Of a stretch of DNA of 32,000 bases, positions 26,905 to 32,000 are shown piece after piece. This DNA comes from Nostoc punctiforme PCC 73102 (GTDB lineage: Bacteria > Cyanobacteriota > Cyanobacteriia > Cyanobacteriales > Nostocaceae). A program made the translations under genes and the position numbers. The notes below the pieces were generated by a model. The model was not told the DNA's origin. It saw nothing but the letters and a program-made list of their open reading frames with translations, and made no database searches. The stretch covers positions 7,740,001 to 7,772,000 of the forward strand of contig NC_010628.1 of NCBI RefSeq assembly GCF_000020025.1, in the 5' to 3' direction. Positions within the stretch are counted from its first letter, which is position 1. Each line of letters begins with the position of its first letter.

Positions 26905-27801
26905 TCAAGAGGTAAATTGCGAACCCAAAATCATCGTCCCAATCCCAACATCAGTAAAGATTTCTAGTAACAGGGCGTGGGGAATGCGACCATCGATGAT
27001 GTGTGCGGCACGGACTCCTTGAGCAAGCGATCGCACACAACAATTAACTTTGGGAATCATCCCACCGGTAACTATCCCATTGACAATTAACTCGCGGGCT
27101 TCGCGGATATCTACTTTTGGAATCAAAGTAGATTGGTCTTTGTAATCTTTTAAAATTCCACTTGTGTCGGTCAGTAAAATTAACTTTTCTGCTCCTAGTG
27201 CCGCAGCAATTTCTCCAGCTACAGTATCGGCGTTAATGTTATAAGCTTGCCCTGTCTCGTCTGCGGCAACGCTAGACACTACCGGAATATAGCCATTGCT
27301 AGCGAGGGTGTCCAAAATCTTGATGTTAACATTACTGACTTCCCCCACAAAACCGATGCCTTCTTGACCTTGGGGACGGGCTGTAAATAGATTACCGTCT
27401 TTACCACAAAGTCCTACAGCCAATCCACCAGCTTGGTTAATTAGCGCGACAATTTCTTTGTTAACTCGACCAACTAAAACCATTTCCACCACATCCATTG
27501 TGGCGGCATCAGTGACTCGCAGACCATTCTTAAATTGTGGTTCGATTCCCAGCTTATCTAACCAACTGTTAATTTCTGGGCCACCACCGTGTACTACTAT
27601 TGGACGCAAGCCAACGCAGGATAAGAATACAATATCGCGGATAACTTTGTCTTTGAGTGTGCTATCTTTCATCGCTGCACCACCATATTTGACAACAACA
27701 GTGCGACCGGCGAATTGTTGAATATAAGGTAGTGCTTCACTGAGTACACGCACACGAGTGGCTTCAGTTTGTCTGATGTATTCAGAATCGTTGTCCGTCA
27801 T
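26905..27801 (-). CDS. argB: Acetylglutamate kinase
   Basis: 298 aa. [39 protein letters not shown]. Confidence 0.96.
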   Translation of the reverse strand: MTDNDSEYIRQTEATRVRVLSEALPYIQQFAGRTVVVKYGGAAMKDSTLKDKVIRDIVFLSCVGLRPIVVHGGGPEINSWLDKLGIEPQFKNGLRVTDAATMDVVEMVLVGRVNKEIVALINQAGGLAVGLCGKDGNLFTARPQGQEGIGFVGEVSNVNIKILDTLASNGYIPVVSSVAADETGQAYNINADTVAGEIAAALGAEKLILLTDTSGILKDYKDQSTLIPKVDIREARELIVNGIVTGGMIPKVNCCVRSLAQGVRAAHIIDGRIPHALLLEIFTDVGIGTMILGSQFTS

Positions 27802-27902
27802 GAGGAGCCTAACAGAGAGAGTTAAAACCTATTTCAGTCAGTGTAGAAGACTTTGTAACTCGTCACAATCTCTGATGCCAAAGTCGAGTATGTTTGTACT
27901 GA

Positions 27903-28283
27903 TCAGCCATAGGTGTTTGGTTCAGTTAGAAGTTCACCATCTGGCATAACCGTATTGTAGAAATAAGCCCCATACTTTTCCGCACCGTGCCAGTTAACTT
28001 CCAATAAGTTAGCATTTTCAAGATTAACGCCTTCCATACGAGTAACTCTCAAATCAGCACCACGTAAATCAGCACCGCTCAGATTAGCGTCTCTCAAATC
28101 AGCACCCCCTAACTTAGTTTTACAGAGGATCGCCCCACTCAAATCAGCACCACTGAGATTAATGCCAGACAAGTCAACTTCGCTTAAGACTGCACCACTG
28201 AGATCGACTCCTGAAAAATCATTTTCCCCAGCATCTAAACGACTGAAAAACTCTTCAATATCCATCGAATTCGTTGGTGACAC
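27903..28283 (-). CDS. Pentapeptide-repeat protein
   Basis: 126 aa with consecutive A(D/N)LSG-type pentapeptides (GVDLSGAVLSEVDLSGINLSGADLSGAIL...ANLSGADLRGADL). Confidence 0.9.
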   Translation of the reverse strand: MSPTNSMDIEEFFSRLDAGENDFSGVDLSGAVLSEVDLSGINLSGADLSGAILCKTKLGGADLRDANLSGADLRGADLRVTRMEGVNLENANLLEVNWHGAEKYGAYFYNTVMPDGELLTEPNTYG

Positions 28284-28470
28284 AGCAGTGAAACTTCAAG
28301 CTCTAGAATCAATCCCATAAATATGATGGATGAGGCAGACTAGATCGAGATGGTGCGTTAACGAAGTAATGTACCCTACAAATTAACTATTCCCTCATTA
28401 CTCGACACAATAAACAAGCGATCGCTCGTTCAAACTTCTAGAATTGAAATCATTCGGCTGAAGCTAGGGA

Positions 28471-29101
28471 ATGAAAATGACCACGCTGCTAATTCAAACT
28501 GAAAGCACACCCATAACGGTAAATTTCCCCTCCCTTGTGCAGATGACAAATGAGCAGTTCTATGAATTCTGCCAAGCCAATGGAGATTTGCGAATCGAGC
28601 GCACTGCCAATGGGGAAGTCATCATTATGCCACCAGCTTTTTCAGATACGGGCAACCGTAACTTTAACATTGCTGCACAGCTTGGGTATTGGACTGAACA
28701 AGATGGCACTGGCATAGGCTTTGACTCCAGTGCTGGTTTTACACTACCTAATGGTAGCGATGCGTTCCCCTGATGCTTCTTGGATTAAATTGGAGCGCTG
28801 GAATGCTTTAACAGAAGCACAAAAAGCTTCTTTTGCACCAATTTGTCCTGATTTTGTAATTGAACTACGTTCCTCTAGCGTAGGCGTAGCCCGTCGTAGA
28901 CATCGCCCGATCAAATTACAAGAGAAAATGCAGGAGTACATCGATAACGGTACATCACTAGGCTGGTTAATAGATCGGCAGAATTGAAAAGTCTACATTT
29001 ACCGTCCTAATCGAGAAGTTGAGATTTTGGAAAATCCCGAAGCAGTTAGCGGTAATCCAGAATTACGCGAGTTTATCCTACGGATGACCAAAATTTGGTA
29101 A
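28471..29101 (+). pseudogene. Uma2-family endonuclease gene with one frameshift, one in-frame stop and a short in-frame insertion
   Basis: Frame 1 covers 28471..~28760 (...FDSSAGFTLPNGSDA). Frame 2 continues with RSPDASWIKLERW...FVIELRSSS. An in-frame TGA lies at 28985..28987 and is followed by the expected KVYIYRPNREVEIL...RMTKIW, with the stop at 29099..29101. The extra segment VGVARRRHRPI (~28880..28910) replaces the usual short linker. Confidence 0.8.
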
Positions 29102-29112
29102 TTAGAATCTTG

Positions 29113-29658
29113 TTAATGAGAAGCTTGTGGCTTGAGAACGTTAGGAATTACCTCAATTATTCTGTTGGCAATGTCTTCGGGTGTTTCTCCCTCTTGGACG
29201 GTGATGTGCAAATCGGCTTGAGAGTAAAGTGGTGTTCGTTGTTCGAGGAGCGATCGCAATTTACCTTTGAGATCAGCATCTTGCAACAGTGGTCTGGTGG
29301 TATCTTCAGCTAAACGCCTGTAAATTAGTTCAACTGGCACATCTAGCCACACTATCAAACCGTGGTGCAAGTAACCCCAGTTTTCTCGCCGTAATACAAT
29401 GCCCCCACCGGTTGCTATAGTCAATTTTGTAAAAGCACAAACTTGTGAAAGTACATCACTTTCTATTTGGCGAAACCCTGCTTCACCTTCTTCGGCAAAT
29501 AACTGATTGATAGATTTATCTGTAGCTTTGGCAATGACACCATCAAGATCCAAAAACCCATAACCCAGATGCTTTGCTAGTAAGGGCCCTACTGTCGTCT
29601 TACCAACGCCCATCATGCCAATTAAGTACAAGTTAACTCCTTGTAATAAACTGCTCAC
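29113..29658 (-). CDS. aroK: Shikimate kinase
   Basis: 181 aa. It has the P-loop GMMGVGKTTVG, DLD, and GGG(I/V)V motifs. Confidence 0.93.
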   Translation of the reverse strand: MSSLLQGVNLYLIGMMGVGKTTVGPLLAKHLGYGFLDLDGVIAKATDKSINQLFAEEGEAGFRQIESDVLSQVCAFTKLTIATGGGIVLRRENWGYLHHGLIVWLDVPVELIYRRLAEDTTRPLLQDADLKGKLRSLLEQRTPLYSQADLHITVQEGETPEDIANRIIEVIPNVLKPQASH

Positions 29659-29880
29659 CAGTTGCTTCGCTCCAATTATGAATTGTCACCGTTCGCCTTT
29701 AGCATTTCCCCTTGGAAGGAGATTTGAGCCAGGGATGCCTTAGAGCAAACTTCTCGCCGAGTCACAGTTTCCAATTATAAACCCATTGACTCATACATTT
29801 TTGCTTCTCTCCCCAGTATTACCAGCAATTTTTGGGTTTCAATATAGAATGTAAGGTATTGCAAAAAGTAGAAACAGCTA

Positions 29881-31303
29881 GTTTTAATCCCTAATAGGGA
29901 TTTTGATGAATTGCAATCACCCACTACAACAGAAAAGAGATTATGCCCTAGCAGTCGTTTCAATCCCTAATAGGGATTTTGATGAATTGCAATTTTTGGG
30001 ATGCTAAACAAAAAGAATGGATTCGCGATGATAGTTTCAATCCCTAATAGGGATTTTGATGAATTGCAATTCTCTATCTACAAAATCAATAGCTCCAGTG
30101 ACAAGTTTCAATCCCTAATAGGGATTTTGATGAATTGCAATTTTTGGGATGCTAAACAAAAAGAATGGATTCGCGATGATAGTTTCAATCCCTAATAGGG
30201 ATTTTGATGAATTGCAATTCTCTATCTACAAAATCAATAGCTCCAGTGACAAGTTTCAATCCCTAATAGGGATTTTGATGAATTGCAATATGGGTAACTA
30301 ATCATTCAAAAGCCTACCCACTCGTTTCAATCCCTAATAGGGATTTTGATGAATTGCAATTAGATGATACGGAATCACCAACCGATTGGCTTGAGTTTCA
30401 ATCCCTAATAGGGATTTTGATGAATTGCAATGTTTGAGCGACTCCAAACTGATGTTCGGATGAAGTTTCAATCCCTAATAGGGATTTTGATGAATTGCAA
30501 TGTGGCGAATTGGAGAGCGATCGCTGGGATTGCCGTTTCAATCCCTAATAGGGATTTTGATGAATTGCAATTGGCTTTTTCAATTGCAGAGGCAACATCT
30601 TCTTCTGTTTCAATCCCTAATAGGGATTTTGATGAATTGCAATTTATATTTCGCTTCCTGCGCTTGCGGAAAGTGTCTGTGTTTCAATCCCTAATAGGGA
30701 TTTTGATGAATTGCAATAGTTTTCTCTCTCGTCTTGAGCGCGATTCTAAGCGTTTCAATCCCTAATAGGGATTTTGATGAATTGCAATGAGGATAATGTT
30801 TTCTAGTGCTGCCCTTCCCAATGTTTCAATCCCTAATAGGGATTTTGATGAATTGCAATTTTTTCAGGAAGGCGAACAGTCTTTACAGGAAGAGTTTCAA
30901 TCCCTAATAGGGATTTTGATGAATTGCAATGTGATTTTTGCTATTGTTAGTGCATCTATTATTTTTGTTTCAATCCCTAATAGGGATTTTGATGAATTGC
31001 AATTTTACTTTTGACCCTCCCTCCTTCTGTCCAGCGAGTTTCAATCCCTAATAGGGATTTTGATGAATTGCAATACCGGTACTTTTTTGCGTTTCACTCC
31101 TGCGGTTTTGTTTCAATCCCTAATAGGGATTTTGATGAATTGCAATGTATGCCAAATTTCGGCAAGTTGCGCCGCGAAAGCACATGCGGTTTTGTTTCAA
31201 TCCCTAATAGGGATTTTGATGAATTGCAATATGGGATTAGCTATGGGGCAACTAGCCAAAGCGCTCGTTTCAATCCCTAATAGGGATTTTGATGAATTGC
31301 AAT
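29881..31303 (-). CRISPR. CRISPR array with 20 repeats of 37 nt and 19 spacers (33-47 nt)
   Basis: The plus-strand repeat is GTTTCAATCCCTAATAGGGATTTTGATGAATTGCAAT. Repeats start at 29881, 29957, 30034, 30105, 30182, 30253, 30324, 30395, 30465, 30535, 30607, 30681, 30752, 30823, 30894, 30967, 31038, 31110, 31194 and 31267. The minus-strand form ends in ...CCCTATTAGGGATTGAAAC (ATTGAAAC 8-nt handle). The only variant repeat (GTTTTAAT...) is at 29881, which implies minus-strand transcription with the leader beyond 31303. Confidence 0.97.
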
Positions 31304-31732
31304 TGCAGGAGCCTGGAACCCAAGCTATATTTAGTTTTCAAGGTGCGGTTGCGCGGTTCAAGAGTAATCATAGCATTAGAGAATTTGTTTGGAAAGAGTG
31401 CCGAGACAGATTGAAAGCTGAAATCCATCTTTAGCAAACATTTCAGAGATTGCGCGGATGAAAATAGGGTGATTGGTGAGGTGAAATGCTTGCTGGTGTT
31501 GAGATAGAAGTACTTTTTGGGGACTGTGAAATTTGTACACCTACCCTTCCGCGCATTTTACATACAGGAATCTAACTAAAAGGTGACTCAGCAAAGAAGA
31601 AATAGCTTAAAACCCTATAATACTGTTCGCCGCAATTCTGGAAAAACCTTAGACACCTTATTCAACACATAATCACCATAAGTTCCGCGAAAATCATGAA
31701 TGTTAGCGTTATCCCAGCGATCGCCTATATTA

Positions 31733-32000
31733 TCATTCGCTACTATAATTATCTAATTCAATCGGCTTCACTTCTACATCGAAATTGGGATCGAAAAAGA
31801 AGGGGAATGAAAGGCGGTGATTTTGGGACTGGTTTTGTACGCGATGAGGTGTAGAACGATAGAAACCTCCCGTCATTTTGTCTAGCATATCGCCGATGTT
31901 ACAGACAAAGGAACCTGGAACAGGAGGCGCAGCAACCCAACCTGATTTGGATTTAACTTGTAATCCGCCTGAGTCGTCCTGTTTGAGAATAGTTAAAACC
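31733..32000 (-). CDS. 2OG-Fe(II) oxygenase family protein, C-terminal fragment (gene continues past the window end)
   Basis: Hand translation of the minus strand from 31999 gives VLTILKQDDSGGLQVKSKSGWVAAPPVPGSFVCNIGDMLDKMTGGFYRSTPHRVQNQSQNHRLSFPFFFDPNFDVEVKPIELDNYSSE, with its stop at 31733..31735. NIGD....TN/G..+ST.HRV....R.S..FF is the isopenicillin-N-synthase-like dioxygenase C-terminus. It is absent from the ORF track because the start lies outside the window. Confidence 0.8.
   Translation of the reverse strand, partial: VLTILKQDDSGGLQVKSKSGWVAAPPVPGSFVCNIGDMLDKMTGGFYRSTPHRVQNQSQNHRLSFPFFFDPNFDVEVKPIELDNYSSE

Noticed and set aside
29836-29872. GTTTCAATATAGAATGTAAGGTATTGCAA, a possible 21st, degenerate CRISPR repeat
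   Set aside because: Only the two ends resemble the repeat, and the gap to the next repeat (8 nt) is too short for a spacer. I treat it as decayed trailer sequence, not an array unit.
30001-31434. Six plus-strand ORFs (64-124 aa) with recurring peptides such as VSIPNRDFDELQ and FQSLIGILMNCN
   Set aside because: They are translations of the CRISPR repeat in different frames joined through the spacers. They are not genes.
29659-32000. cas genes flanking the CRISPR array
   Set aside because: I looked on both strands. Only aroK, non-coding sequence and a dioxygenase 3' end are present. No Cas-like ORF lies within the window.
1-32000. tRNA, rRNA or other structured RNA genes
   Set aside because: No cloverleaf-like or rRNA-like segments were evident by eye in the intergenic regions. 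This is a weak negative that needs tRNAscan-SE or Infernal.

Overview
This is a chromosomal window from a filamentous, Nostoc/Anabaena-like cyanobacterium. That assignment is inferred from the dense HIP1 (GCGATCGC) palindromes, STRR-like short tandem repeats, multiple Uma2/DUF820 paralogues, a pentapeptide-repeat protein and DUF3153. About half of the window is ordinary housekeeping: acs, terC-like, ndk, speA, an NDP-sugar nucleotidyltransferase, scpA, an AI-2E permease, pdxH, azoR/hxlR, argB and aroK. Four accessory blocks stand out. (1) At 1.0-4.6 kb lies a visibly AT-rich, HIP1-poor four-gene minus-strand operon. It encodes an aGPT-pyrophosphorylase-like (thymidine-hypermodification type) protein, DUF1643, MazG with an extra C-terminal domain, and a dCTP-deaminase-fold protein with a C-terminal TM helix. 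I consider this the best candidate for an undescribed nucleotide- or modified-base-directed conflict system. (2) At 7.7-14.1 kb lies a defence-like island. It holds a PD-(D/E)xK protein, a decayed Uma2 gene, two unknown genes, and a small helical effector-like ORF whose C-terminal 28-aa motif is repeated at the N-terminus of the adjacent NB-ARC/TPR STAND (NLR-like) gene. That arrangement matches the amyloid-signalling architecture. The NLR gene is split between Walker A and Walker B by a decayed IS630 element with a TA duplication. (3) At 14.2-14.9 kb lies a repeat jungle with a 21-bp x ~9 tandem array and a MITE-like inverted repeat. (4) At 29.9-31.3 kb lies a 20-repeat CRISPR array with no adjacent cas genes and a perfect internal 148-bp duplication. 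All homology calls were made by eye from the translated ORFs, and no database search was possible.
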